Both the position numbers and the translations under genes were made by a program. A stretch of 64,000 nt of DNA from Patescibacteria group bacterium. GTDB taxonomy: Bacteria; Patescibacteriota; Microgenomatia; UBA10105; UBA927. Below the pieces are notes generated by a model that saw only the letters and a list, made by a program, of their open reading frames with translations, was not told where the DNA came from and did not search any database. The DNA is taken from the NCBI GenBank assembly GCA_023379025.1, contig JAMCTH010000010.1, forward strand, positions 9,088 to 73,087, in the 5' to 3' direction. Positions 1 through 8,865 of the stretch are shown here, in pieces; position 1 is the stretch's first letter; every line of letters begins with the position of its first letter.

Positions 1-1370
1 TTAAGGAAAAGCGCCGCCGTTATGGCACCCCCGTAGCGTTTCCCGGAAATATTCCTGACGTCCGCGACCGTACTTTTCAAAAGTTCGGCATAGTCTTCGG
101 CAAGCGGGAGCTGCCACAGTTTCTCTCCGGTTTTTTCCGCCGTCGCCATAAGCAGTGCTGCGAGCTTCTGATCGGTCGAAAACAACCCGCTTATCTCTTC
201 CCCGAGCGCCACCATGCAGGCCCCGGTCAGGGTCGCCAAATCTATCGCCACATCAGGCTTCACCTTTTCAAAGGTATACGAAAGCGCGTCGGCAAGCACC
301 ACCCGTCCTTCGGCATCCGTATTGAGTATTTCAATCGTCTTTCCGTTCATGGCCCGGACGATATCCCCGGGCTTGATGGCGCGTGCCCCGGGCATATTTT
401 CCGTTGCTGAAATAAGCCCCACGACATTGACCTTGGGCCTGAGGATCGGCAGGACCGAAAACAAACCGAGTATGGCTGCGGCGCCTGCCATATCCATTTT
501 CATCGTTTCCATGTGCTCGGAAGGCTTAAGCGACAATCCGCCGGTATCAAACGTTATACCCTTCCCGACCAGCGCGACGGTTTTTTTCGCGGTCCCTTTG
601 TACGAAAGAACGATAAATTGAGGCTCCTCACTGCTGCCGCGCGCAATACCGAGGAGGGCCTGCATCCCGAGGCTGACGAGATCCTTTTTCCCGAGGACCA
701 GTGCGGTGAGGGAACGGTCCGATGCGGCAATCTTCTCAGCTACCTTCCCAAGATGTGACGGCGTCGTCAGGGACGGAGGTTCGTTCACAAGATCCCGTGC
801 AAAATAAACTCCCCGGGCTACAGTTTCTCCCCGTGCGGCTCCGCGGGCGACGTCGCTAAGGCATGCCGGCCGGACCAGGAATTGCACGAGTCCGATATGT
901 TTTTCTTTTTTCTGCGAAGCTTCACTTTTATGCCTGTTAAACACATACGTGCCGAGGTGCATGCCTATCGCGGCAGCTTCACCGGCTTCTTCTTTTCCCA
1001 GCCGGTCAAAGATCTCCTTGGGGAGCGCAATATCAACGGTTCTAGCGGCAACCTGCTTCCCTACCCTGCCGACGACGGCAAGAACCGATTCAAAGGTAAA
1101 CACGGTAAGCGCTTTGGGAGCTCCCATCCCGACCAGAAGGATCCGCTTGACCGGCAGAAGACCGTGGCTATGGATAAGAAGGGTCGATTTTGGCTTCGCC
1201 TCAAAATCTTCGGTCCGCGCAACCTCCGACAGCATGCCGCGGAGCGTACGGTCCAGGATCTCGGCTTCGGGAGAAAGGATCAAACCGGATTTCCCGTCCT
1301 CCCACGCGCATACCGCCAGCATATCTGCTTCGGATTTCAGCGGTTCTGTGACTTTGACTTTGCACTGCAT
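1..1370 (-). CDS. pepA: leucyl aminopeptidase (M17 family), C-terminus runs off window start
   Basis: Not in the ORF track because the stop lies beyond position 1. Manual minus-strand translation from ATG at about 1370 (GGAGG 5 nt upstream) gives MQCKVKVTEPLK...GKGITFDTGG...NTDAEGRVVLADAL...GGAITAALFL, the M17 Zn-aminopeptidase signatures. Frame is open to the window edge, so plus-strand ORFs 214-621, 513-758, 882-1574 and 949-1389 are antisense artefacts. Confidence 0.85.
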   Translation of the reverse strand, partial: MQCKVKVTEPLKSEADMLAVCAWEDGKSGLILSPEAEILDRTLRGMLSEVARTEDFEAKPKSTLLIHSHGLLPVKRILLVGMGAPKALTVFTFESVLAVVGRVGKQVAARTVDIALPKEIFDRLGKEEAGEAAAIGMHLGTYVFNRHKSEASQKKEKHIGLVQFLVRPACLSDVARGAARGETVARGVYFARDLVNEPPSLTTPSHLGKVAEKIAASDRSLTALVLGKKDLVSLGMQALLGIARGSSEEPQFIVLSYKGTAKKTVALVGKGITFDTGGLSLKPSEHMETMKMDMAGAAAILGLFSVLPILRPKVNVVGLISATENMPGARAIKPGDIVRAMNGKTIEILNTDAEGRVVLADALSYTFEKVKPDVAIDLATLTGACMVALGEEISGLFSTDQKLAALLMATAEKTGEKLWQLPLAEDYAELLKSTVADVRNISGKRYGGAITAALFL

Positions 1371-1452
1371 AGTATCCTCCGGACGATAACCAACGGTCGT
1401 CTCTCCGTCAGCCGCGTTCCCGGCTTAAGAGAGACGGCTCAAAACCCCAAAG

Positions 1453-1540
1453 TGGCGCGGGAGAGAATCGAACTCTCACTCCGCCGGCTGGCGGAACGGG
1501 TTTTTGAGACCCGCCTGTCTCCCAATTCCAGCACCGCGCC
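1453..1540 (-). tRNA. tRNA-Leu (anticodon CAA), long variable arm, CCA not encoded
   Basis: Minus-strand sequence GGCGCGG-UG-...-CGGGU-CUCAAAA-ACCCG-(variable-arm hairpin CCGCC-AGCC-GGCGG)-GAGAG-UUCGAUU-CUCUC-CCGCGCC-A folds as a class II tRNA with a 7-bp acceptor stem, CAA anticodon in a 7-nt loop, and T-loop TTCGATT. Coordinates hand-counted, +/-2 nt. Confidence 0.8.
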
Positions 1541-1587
1541 GCGTTTCCCGCGGTATGTTCCCCGCATAGTATAGCATGCGGAGAGCG

Positions 1588-2931
1588 TTAATTGGCCGCT
1601 GATGCGGGTCTTTTTTTCTCGATGCTGTAAAACCGGATCCGGTCGCCCCGGAACATAAGATCGATTTCGCCGAGCGGTCCGTTTCTGTGTTTGGCTATCC
1701 GAAGCTTTGTCGCGATCTGTTCACCCCAGTTCGCCTGATCCTGCTCCTCGCGGTAGAGAAACATCACGACATCCGCGTCCTGTTCGATCGACCCCGACTC
1801 CCGGAGGTCGGACAGTTCCGGCACCTTCGTACCCCTCGCTTCCACGGCCCGGGAAAGCTGTGAACAGGCAAGGACCGGCACTCTGAGTTCACGGGCAAGG
1901 TTTTTGAGACTCTGGGAGATAAGCGATACCTCCTGTACCCGGTTATCAAACCTTCTGCCTGAATCGGCAAGCTGCAGATAGTCCAGAATGATAAGCTTTA
2001 CCCCCTGCTCCACCTGGAGCCGCCGCGCTTTGGTACGCATCTCCATGATATTGAGGCCCGGCGTATCGTCGATGTAGATCGGCGCTTCGGCGAGCTCTCC
2101 CATGGCCTCTGACAGTTTCGTAAAGTCCTCGTCCGACAGCTTGCCGGTTTTGAGTTTCCACGCATCGATGTCCGCCTGGGATACCAAAAGCCTGTCCACA
2201 AGTTCCTCCTTGCTCATCTCAAGCGAAAATATCCCGACCGGCGTCTTGTCATGGATGGATACATACTGGGCGATATTGAGCACCATGGCCGTTTTTCCGG
2301 TTCCGGGACGGGCGGCAAGAATAATAAGGTTTGAATCCTGCAGTCCGGCAAGCCTAAAGTCTATATCGGAAAATCCCGTCGCCACCCCGCGGAGACCGCC
2401 GGCCCGTTTGTGCAATTCGTCAAGGCGGTCAAAGGATGAGGCAAGCGCGTCTTTGATCGGGACGAAATCCCGTTTGGTTGCTGACTGGGATATGGCAAAC
2501 AATTCCTGCTCTGCCGTGTCCAGAATTTCCCGGACCGCTCCCTCTTCGCGGAATGCGTTCTCCGTCATTTTGGCGGCAGCTTCGATAAGCCGGCGTTTGG
2601 TTGCGTGTTCAAGGATGATCCTGCCGTACTGCTCGGCATGGGCGCTCGTCGGCACGACATTCAGAAGATCGGAAAGGTACGACGCTCCGCCGACCGACTT
2701 CAGCATGCCGTTCTTTTTGAGCTGCGCCGTCAGCGTCACGATATCGACAGGTTCATGCTGCTCGTACAGCGCGAGCATGGCATCGTAGATTGCCGCGTGG
2801 GCATCCTTGTAAAAATGCTGGGAGCGCAGAAACTCGGCAACATCTACCATTGCGTCCTTATCGATAAGAAGGGCTCCAAGGAGCGACTGTTCTGCGACAT
2901 CGTCGTGCGGGGGAACCTTGGGATATGCCAT
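1588..2931 (-). CDS. dnaB: replicative DNA helicase DnaB
   Basis: 447 aa. N-terminal DnaB domain (QSLLGALLID), Walker A GTGKTA, and the RecA-like C-terminal helicase domain with ...NRVQEVS...KHRNGP. Confidence 0.93.
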   Translation of the reverse strand: MAYPKVPPHDDVAEQSLLGALLIDKDAMVDVAEFLRSQHFYKDAHAAIYDAMLALYEQHEPVDIVTLTAQLKKNGMLKSVGGASYLSDLLNVVPTSAHAEQYGRIILEHATKRRLIEAAAKMTENAFREEGAVREILDTAEQELFAISQSATKRDFVPIKDALASSFDRLDELHKRAGGLRGVATGFSDIDFRLAGLQDSNLIILAARPGTGKTAMVLNIAQYVSIHDKTPVGIFSLEMSKEELVDRLLVSQADIDAWKLKTGKLSDEDFTKLSEAMGELAEAPIYIDDTPGLNIMEMRTKARRLQVEQGVKLIILDYLQLADSGRRFDNRVQEVSLISQSLKNLARELRVPVLACSQLSRAVEARGTKVPELSDLRESGSIEQDADVVMFLYREEQDQANWGEQIATKLRIAKHRNGPLGEIDLMFRGDRIRFYSIEKKRPASAAN

Positions 2932-2964
2932 AGGAGAATAATAATCTACTGTGATAATTGGGTA

Positions 2965-3612
2965 TTATTCCAGTACGACCACCTGCATCTCTTCCGGAAG
3001 TTTATCCTTCGATAGGACAAGCTTGGGCTGCGGTGCCGCGCCTTCCTTACCCATTTCTTTAAGAAACTGCGATACCGGCGAAAGCACCGTACCGATTTTT
3101 TCGCTCAGTCCTTTTCTCCCGTAGTGCATCGGGATAACGATAGAAGGGCTGATCTTATTTACCAGTGCCGCGGCAGTCGGGGCATCGATCGTGTAATAGC
3201 CGCCGACGGGCACGAACAAGATATCAACGCCGTCAAGTGTGTCAACCTGGTCGGCGGAAAGGCTGTGCCCGAGATCCCCAAGGTGCACAAACGAGAGGCC
3301 GTCGAGTTCAATGCGGTAGATCGTATTGCTCCCGCGTTGTGCACCGTTCTCCGTATCGTGGTAGACGCCGATGCCGACAATCCCGACACCCTTGATCTCA
3401 TACTCTCCCGGACCGCGCACTACAAACGGCCGACCCTCGAGGTTACCGACGGCGTTGTGATCCCCGTGATCGTGGGAAACCGTTACAATGTCCGCGGCAA
3501 CATGTTTCGGAAATGCTAAACCGACCATGGCCGGATCATACGGATCTGTAACAACCGTTGCCGTTTTTCCTTTGAGACGGAATGACGAATGGCCCAGCGA
3601 GGTGATCTCCAT
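2965..3612 (-). CDS. MBL-fold metal-dependent hydrolase (UPF0173-like)
   Basis: 215 aa with HDHGDH metal-binding motif typical of metallo-beta-lactamase fold hydrolases. Confidence 0.75.
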   Translation of the reverse strand: MEITSLGHSSFRLKGKTATVVTDPYDPAMVGLAFPKHVAADIVTVSHDHGDHNAVGNLEGRPFVVRGPGEYEIKGVGIVGIGVYHDTENGAQRGSNTIYRIELDGLSFVHLGDLGHSLSADQVDTLDGVDILFVPVGGYYTIDAPTAAALVNKISPSIVIPMHYGRKGLSEKIGTVLSPVSQFLKEMGKEGAAPQPKLVLSKDKLPEEMQVVVLE

Positions 3613-3705
3613 GCTTGCTTTTTATAGCAGATTCACGTATGCTTAGCAACACCCTGCTCTGATATTTCTTTTTTCAGTAATTTTTCAGCCGGAAGCGTGT
3701 ACCCT

Positions 3706-4149
3706 ATGAATCGCGACGCATTGCTTGCTACACTTATCGGTCTCGGATTGGGGCTGGTCATCACGGGTGCGCTCATTCTTACTCCGTCCCTTCTCAGGCT
3801 TCTGCCGAAGATCACCCTGCCAAAAGTCGCGGTCTCCATGCCCAAATCCGCGAAGACTCCGGCCCCGAGACCGACACCCGCAGCATTCGGACTCACGGTT
3901 GACAGTCCGCTTCCGAACGCCATTGAACACAAGACGGATCTCATCGTATCCGGCACAACCGGTGCCGGTGCGACCGTCGTCGTCCAGGGACTGACGGATG
4001 ACGATGTGACCGTCGTCGGCAAAGACGGGAAGTACGTCGGGAAAATCACCCTCTCGGAAGGGAAAAACACCGTTACCGTCACGAGTTACGGGAAAGACAA
4101 ACAAAAGGGAACATCCGTCGTCGTGTACTATACGCCGGAATCGCTCTGA
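3706..4149 (+). CDS. membrane-anchored hypothetical protein with Ig-like/beta-rich ectodomain
   Basis: Track ORF 3697-4149 starts at GTG; ATG at 3706 (MNRDALLATLIGLGLGLVITGALIL) gives a TM helix followed by a Pro-rich linker and a T/V/G-rich beta domain. Confidence 0.6.
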   Translation: MNRDALLATLIGLGLGLVITGALILTPSLLRLLPKITLPKVAVSMPKSAKTPAPRPTPAAFGLTVDSPLPNAIEHKTDLIVSGTTGAGATVVVQGLTDDDVTVVGKDGKYVGKITLSEGKNTVTVTSYGKDKQKGTSVVVYYTPESL

Positions 4150-4152
4150 CCT

Positions 4153-4917
4153 ATGAAACGCGTTCTGACATCGATCGTTCTTACCGCCGCAATGCTTCTT
4201 GTGGCGTCGCGTACGTTTGCCGCCAGCGACGCATCAGTGTCCGCGACTCCGAACCCCCTGCCGAGCGGCGTCAGCGAGCAGCAGCTCGAAACCATTAAAG
4301 ACCGCCTTGCCACAAAAGTCGCTGAACTGCGGCATCTTGAACCCATGGCGATCTACGGCACGGTTAAGGACAAATCCCTGACGTCAGCAACCGTTGAAAC
4401 CGACACCAAAGACGTCAAAATAGAACTGACGGATTCGATCAAGGTCATTGAGGTGATCCGCGGAGCCCGGACCACACTGACGCTTGATGACCTGTCCAAT
4501 AAAGATACCGTCACCGTGTTTGGCTCGTATGATCAGACCCTCGACGTATTAAGCGCAAGCGTTATCTTTCTCCAGGGAGCACTTCCCGTCCACGCGGACG
4601 GCGTTATCACGGATATCGATAAGACCAATAATACGCTGACGGTGCGCTCCCCGGACGGGCAGTCGACGGTTATTGACATCGAAACCGATACCAAAACCAA
4701 CACATGGACGAAAGACGGAGGCATCACAAAATCCGGATTTTCGAAAGTCGCCGTCGGGGATACCCTGCAGATCATCGCGACTCCCGAGCCCAAATACCAA
4801 AACCGCGTAAGCGCCCGCCGCATTCTGGATCTTGGCAACCTCACGAGCCCCACTCCGACGCCCCGGAGTACGGGAGAAGCCACTCCTTCATCCGTCACGG
4901 TCTCGCCGACCCCATAA
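4153..4917 (+). CDS. secreted repeat protein, unknown function
   Basis: 254 aa with N-terminal signal peptide (MKRVLTSIVLTAAMLLVASRTFAAS), internally repeated T/D/V-rich beta modules, and a Pro/Thr-rich C-terminus. Confidence 0.65.
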   Translation: MKRVLTSIVLTAAMLLVASRTFAASDASVSATPNPLPSGVSEQQLETIKDRLATKVAELRHLEPMAIYGTVKDKSLTSATVETDTKDVKIELTDSIKVIEVIRGARTTLTLDDLSNKDTVTVFGSYDQTLDVLSASVIFLQGALPVHADGVITDIDKTNNTLTVRSPDGQSTVIDIETDTKTNTWTKDGGITKSGFSKVAVGDTLQIIATPEPKYQNRVSARRILDLGNLTSPTPTPRSTGEATPSSVTVSPTP

Positions 4918-4980
4918 ACGCACCTCGTATAGGCTTGCCTCCGGCTCAGGGAGCATGATAGCATTCGGTTAAGACAAACC

Positions 4981-5322
4981 ATGAAACGACTGCGAGTGGA
5001 ACGATTTGCAAAAACCCCGACATCCTACCCCTCACCCATGATACGGGAGCTCTTTGGGGCAATCCTGTTGCTGAAATCCCCGAAGGAAGCATCCGATTTT
5101 TTCCGCGATTTACTCACCATGGCAGAACTCAACGAATTCACCAACCGCTGGCAGATGGTCAAAATGCTCTCCCAGGGCAAATCATATGAAGACATTGCAA
5201 AAAATCTGCATGTATCAACAGCCACAGTCACCCGTGTCGCCTACTGGCTGGAGCATGGTTTCGGCGGCTATAAAGAGATAGCAAAACGTCTCTATCGCAT
5301 CAAAGAAAAACCCTTTGAATAA
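4981..5322 (+). CDS. TrpR-like YerC/YecD family DNA-binding protein
   Basis: 113 aa; LTMAELNEF...KMLSQGKSYEDIAKNLHVSTATVTRV helix-turn-helix region characteristic of the Trp-repressor YerC/YecD family. Confidence 0.75.
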   Translation: MKRLRVERFAKTPTSYPSPMIRELFGAILLLKSPKEASDFFRDLLTMAELNEFTNRWQMVKMLSQGKSYEDIAKNLHVSTATVTRVAYWLEHGFGGYKEIAKRLYRIKEKPFE

Positions 5323-5406
5323 GTCAGCAACCGTATTCAGTAATCAGGATCCCATTGTCTGATCTCCCCGCCGTGATTCCCTTTTCCGGTTGCCAAGTTT
5401 CAGCTA

Positions 5407-5435
5407 TTGACATGAATGTATTACTATGTTAATAT
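5407..5435 (+). promoter_or_regulatory. sigma70-type promoter (TTGACA-17 nt-TAATAT) in AT-rich palindromic region
   Basis: TTGACA at 5407-5412, 17-nt spacer, TAATAT at 5430-5435, embedded in AT-rich palindromes (TTAATATATTAA, TATTAATAGATTAGTATATTAA). The next plus-strand gene starts at 5820, implying a roughly 385-nt leader. Confidence 0.5.
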
Positions 5436-5819
5436 ATTAACGTATTAATAGATTAGTATATTAAAACTGTTTTCTATGATCAGCATCTTGACCTACCAGC
5501 TTCTTATATCGTTTCCATCCGGTTCTCCCGGTTTGTTTCTGCACGTCCACCATCATACGCACTAACACTCCTGCGCGTGGTTAAAGCGAGAAAAATCATT
5601 CCGCTTCCGTTTCCATACATCACCGTTGTCATCCGTTTTCTCCCTTTTCCCATTCGTAGTGACCTTTCATTAAGAAATGAAGTATCAAAAAATTCTTGAA
5701 TTATTACTACCGAATATGACACCCATGACAAGCGTGCAAAAAGAAATTGACCGATTCGAGGAGTTACGACCAGGCATCGTGGCAGCCTTCGGAAAAAGAT
5801 TGAAGACGTATTAAACCGT

Positions 5820-6758
5820 ATGGAAACACTATCAACCATCCTCAGCGGAGCTGAGTATCAGAATTTTCTGACTTCCGACTTTGACAGCCAGCGGATAACC
5901 AGATGGCTGCTGCGTAAAGGAGGCGCCGAAATTGAATACCTCAATGCGGATGAGTGGGTAAACGAACCGGACTCCCCTCCCGACGACGAGCGGGCCGTAC
6001 TGCTTACTCCAGAACTTATGGGGGCAGTCAACGATGTCCGGAGTCTCTGGCAGACCTGGCGTTCTCTTTCTTATGGAAAACCTATTGATGAACTAAAAAT
6101 CCTCTCGAGACTGTTATCAAACCGAATTTCCGGAAATGATCAGGTATTATATGTCCCGTGGGGCTCGGCTCCCGGGGTATTTAGGCTAGACTGGAAAGAA
6201 GAAAAGGTTATGGAAAAGATAACGGGAATTGCTTCAATAGCTGCAGAATACGGCATTTCAACCCGGGTACTTATCATGCCCGCTGACGTATATGCACTCG
6301 TAATAAATAAACGGGAACCCAATGAAGTTATCGCGTATTACTATGAAGTCGCGGCGCTTGCCGCTAGATTCGGGTTCGACACCAGGCCGTGGTCTGAAAT
6401 TCGATCGGATAATTCCGGACGGTATGCAGAGTTAAAAGAGTATTATTCGGACAAACGATTACGATCATGTATTCCGGATGACATCATTGAGCAGGCGATC
6501 GGTCAGGCGGCGCGTTGGAGCGGATACGCCTCAGAAAGAGATATAAAAAGAGCGGCATTCTCATATCTCCGGGAACGAAACATAGAAGCACAAATTATCG
6601 ATGAACAGTATGCCGCAATCAAAGTGAGCGCCGTCCCCAAGGCAAAGGATGCATATGTCGATGACCCGCTTCCGCGGCTCTATGTCATCGACAAGGAATT
6701 ACAATTCCCGTGGCTCAGACCCTCGGGAAACGGAGCGTCGTATGACAGATATCGATAA
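5820..6758 (+). CDS. hypothetical protein, unknown family
   Basis: 312-aa ORF with no motif I recognise; 17-nt overlap with the downstream amidohydrolase-like gene suggests translational coupling. Confidence 0.6.
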   Translation: METLSTILSGAEYQNFLTSDFDSQRITRWLLRKGGAEIEYLNADEWVNEPDSPPDDERAVLLTPELMGAVNDVRSLWQTWRSLSYGKPIDELKILSRLLSNRISGNDQVLYVPWGSAPGVFRLDWKEEKVMEKITGIASIAAEYGISTRVLIMPADVYALVINKREPNEVIAYYYEVAALAARFGFDTRPWSEIRSDNSGRYAELKEYYSDKRLRSCIPDDIIEQAIGQAARWSGYASERDIKRAAFSYLRERNIEAQIIDEQYAAIKVSAVPKAKDAYVDDPLPRLYVIDKELQFPWLRPSGNGASYDRYR

Positions 6759-7638
6759 ACGCATTCAGAACATCGTCAGACAAAGTATTGATCTCCACGT
6801 CCACATCGGGCCGGAGATTGTCCCGCGGAAATTTACGGTATCCCAACTGGTACAGGCGGAAAAAGGCAGTATTGGAGGATTTGCCCTAAAAAATCACTTT
6901 TGGAGTACGGTTCCCTTTGTAAGGGAAGCACAAACCAAGGATATTCGTCTCGTTGGTTCCGTCGTGCTCAACTCCTTTGTCGGTGGTCTCAATCCCGATG
7001 CAATCTACGCTGCCCGCACTCTCACAGAGGTGCCGTTTATTGTATGGTTTCCGACTGTGAGCGCAAGTCAGTTCCTCCAGTCAAGCGCATGGGAAATCGC
7101 ACCGGAATGGATTGATCCCAAAGTGAACGTAAAGGTGCGAAAGAGTCAAGATATTCCGGGAATTTCCGTCCTGTCTTCAGACGGCACCCTCACAAAACAG
7201 GCGGCGGCGTGTCTTCTGGCGATAAAAAAGGCCGGAGCGATTCTTGCAACCGGACATATATCATGGAAAGAGGCCCGGTCACTTACCAATCGTGCTTTTA
7301 TCCTGGGGATCAAAAAAATCATTCTGACGCATCCCATCTACCAAAAAATTGCCATGCCGGTGGCGGTCCAAAAAACCCTTGCGCAAAAAGGGGCATTCGT
7401 AGAATTTTGTTATTCTATGTATAGTATAGACACCATTCCGATAGCCGCCATTGTCCGTGATATGCGTACGATCGGGCCGGCACGTTGTATAGTTTCCTCC
7501 GATGTCGGACAGACATTCAGCCCGTCACCGTCACGGGCGCTCACACGCTTTGCCTCGCTTCTACAAAAAGAGGGTATTAGCTCTGAGGAGCTCTCCGTCA
7601 TGATGGTCAAAAACCCACGATATCTCACCGATAGCTGA
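6742..7638 (+). CDS. amidohydrolase-superfamily (TIM-barrel metal-dependent hydrolase) protein
   Basis: Track ORF 6649-7638; likely start is ATG 6742 (GGAG 8 nt upstream), MTDIDKRIQ.... N-terminal IDLHVHIG (DxHxH metal motif) and later His/Asp residues are typical of Amidohydro_2/TatD-like folds. Confidence 0.65.
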   Translation: MTDIDKRIQNIVRQSIDLHVHIGPEIVPRKFTVSQLVQAEKGSIGGFALKNHFWSTVPFVREAQTKDIRLVGSVVLNSFVGGLNPDAIYAARTLTEVPFIVWFPTVSASQFLQSSAWEIAPEWIDPKVNVKVRKSQDIPGISVLSSDGTLTKQAAACLLAIKKAGAILATGHISWKEARSLTNRAFILGIKKIILTHPIYQKIAMPVAVQKTLAQKGAFVEFCYSMYSIDTIPIAAIVRDMRTIGPARCIVSSDVGQTFSPSPSRALTRFASLLQKEGISSEELSVMMVKNPRYLTDS

Positions 7639-7653
7639 TGCTATAATGCCGAT

Positions 7654-8865
7654 ATGAAGCTCCTGGATGATATTGATGCGCTCCTGGTTACCAATCCCAC
7701 GAATATCCGCTACCTTACCGGATTTGTAGGGACTGCGTCCGGAGAACGGGAAGCGTATGTACTGATCACCCGTGACGAGGCATTCTTCCTTACGAGCGGT
7801 TTGTATGTCGAAGAAGCATCATCACTGCAATTGTTAGATTGCTCTGTTGTTAAATTATTACAAACAACGAAACCTCTTCGTATTATCGAAATCCCGATAG
7901 GCAGCTCTTTGGGGAACAAACTTTCTGAGCTTATCGACACAAAAAAACACGTGTCTACCAGGATATCCCAAAAACGGTTTCTTCTCGGGTTTGAAGAGTC
8001 AAATCTGACGGTTTCGGAGCTCAATAACCTTACCGAATCGCTCCGAGGAGTCAAACTCGTTCCAACGACCGATAGAATAGAACTGCTCCGCCGGATTAAA
8101 CGGGCCGATGAGATCCAGCAAATTGAACTCGCCGCAAAAATCACCGACCAGTGTTTCTCGTACATCCTCAAGAGAATCCGTCCGGGCATCACGGAAGCGC
8201 GTCTTGCCTGGGAAATCGAAAGTTATCTCAGGCTGCGTGCCGGCGATATAGCCTTCTCTCCGATCGTCGCTTTTAACGCTCACTCAAGCATGCCGCATTT
8301 TTCCGTCCTGTCCCAGCGCACCGGACAAAATCAACGCTTAGCGTTGAACTCGTTCACTCCCCTCCGTCGCGGATCGCTCATACTCCTCGATTTCGGCGCG
8401 CGGGTCAACGGCTACTGCGCAGACATGACGCGCACGGTGTTTCTGGGACCCCCGAAACCGGAGTGGGCAAGCGCATACAAAACGGTCCTTGCCGCCCAAC
8501 AGGCCGCACTTACTTACCTCCGATCCTGTTATCATGTAACGGAACATGATAACAAATCTTCTCGTGCGGGCCGTGTGACTATATCGGGGAAAAAGGCGGA
8601 CGCAAGTACCAGAGAAATCATTACTGCCGAAGGCTTCCCTCCCTATCCGCATAGCCTCGGTCACGCGGTCGGGCTCGATGTTCATGAGATGCCCCGGCTG
8701 ACGGTTTCCGCTGACGTGACACTTGAGCCGGGAATGATCTTCTCCGTTGAGCCCGGCATCTATGTTTCCGGAAAGTATGGCATTCGCATCGAAGATTTGA
8801 TACTCTTGAAGAGTACTCGCTTGGAGATTCTGTCCAAATCTCCCAAAACACCACTCGTCCTATGA
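7654..8865 (+). CDS. M24-family Xaa-Pro aminopeptidase/dipeptidase
   Basis: 403 aa. C-terminal pita-bread domain with metal ligands (DFGARVNGYCADMTRT, HSLGHAVGLDVHE, EPGIY, IEDLI). Contains an AT-rich segment in the N-domain and an in-frame 10-12-aa insertion (CYHVTEHDNKS) encoded by a palindrome. Confidence 0.85.
   Translation: MKLLDDIDALLVTNPTNIRYLTGFVGTASGEREAYVLITRDEAFFLTSGLYVEEASSLQLLDCSVVKLLQTTKPLRIIEIPIGSSLGNKLSELIDTKKHVSTRISQKRFLLGFEESNLTVSELNNLTESLRGVKLVPTTDRIELLRRIKRADEIQQIELAAKITDQCFSYILKRIRPGITEARLAWEIESYLRLRAGDIAFSPIVAFNAHSSMPHFSVLSQRTGQNQRLALNSFTPLRRGSLILLDFGARVNGYCADMTRTVFLGPPKPEWASAYKTVLAAQQAALTYLRSCYHVTEHDNKSSRAGRVTISGKKADASTREIITAEGFPPYPHSLGHAVGLDVHEMPRLTVSADVTLEPGMIFSVEPGIYVSGKYGIRIEDLILLKSTRLEILSKSPKTPLVL
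8527..8556. repeat. 28-nt hairpin palindrome tgttatcatgt-aacgga-acatgataaca, copy 1 (in-frame inside the M24 peptidase gene)
   Basis: Perfect 11-bp arms and a 6-nt loop. Near-identical copy at 19457-19487 with a compensatory T:A to C:G pair. Confidence 0.7.

Noticed and set aside
214-1574. Plus-strand ORFs 214-621, 513-758, 882-1574, 949-1389
   Set aside because: All lie antisense to the clearly conserved pepA (M17) reading frame, which runs uninterrupted on the minus strand from about 1370 to the window edge. Their Arg/Ser/Ala-rich composition is typical of antisense frames in GC-rich genes.
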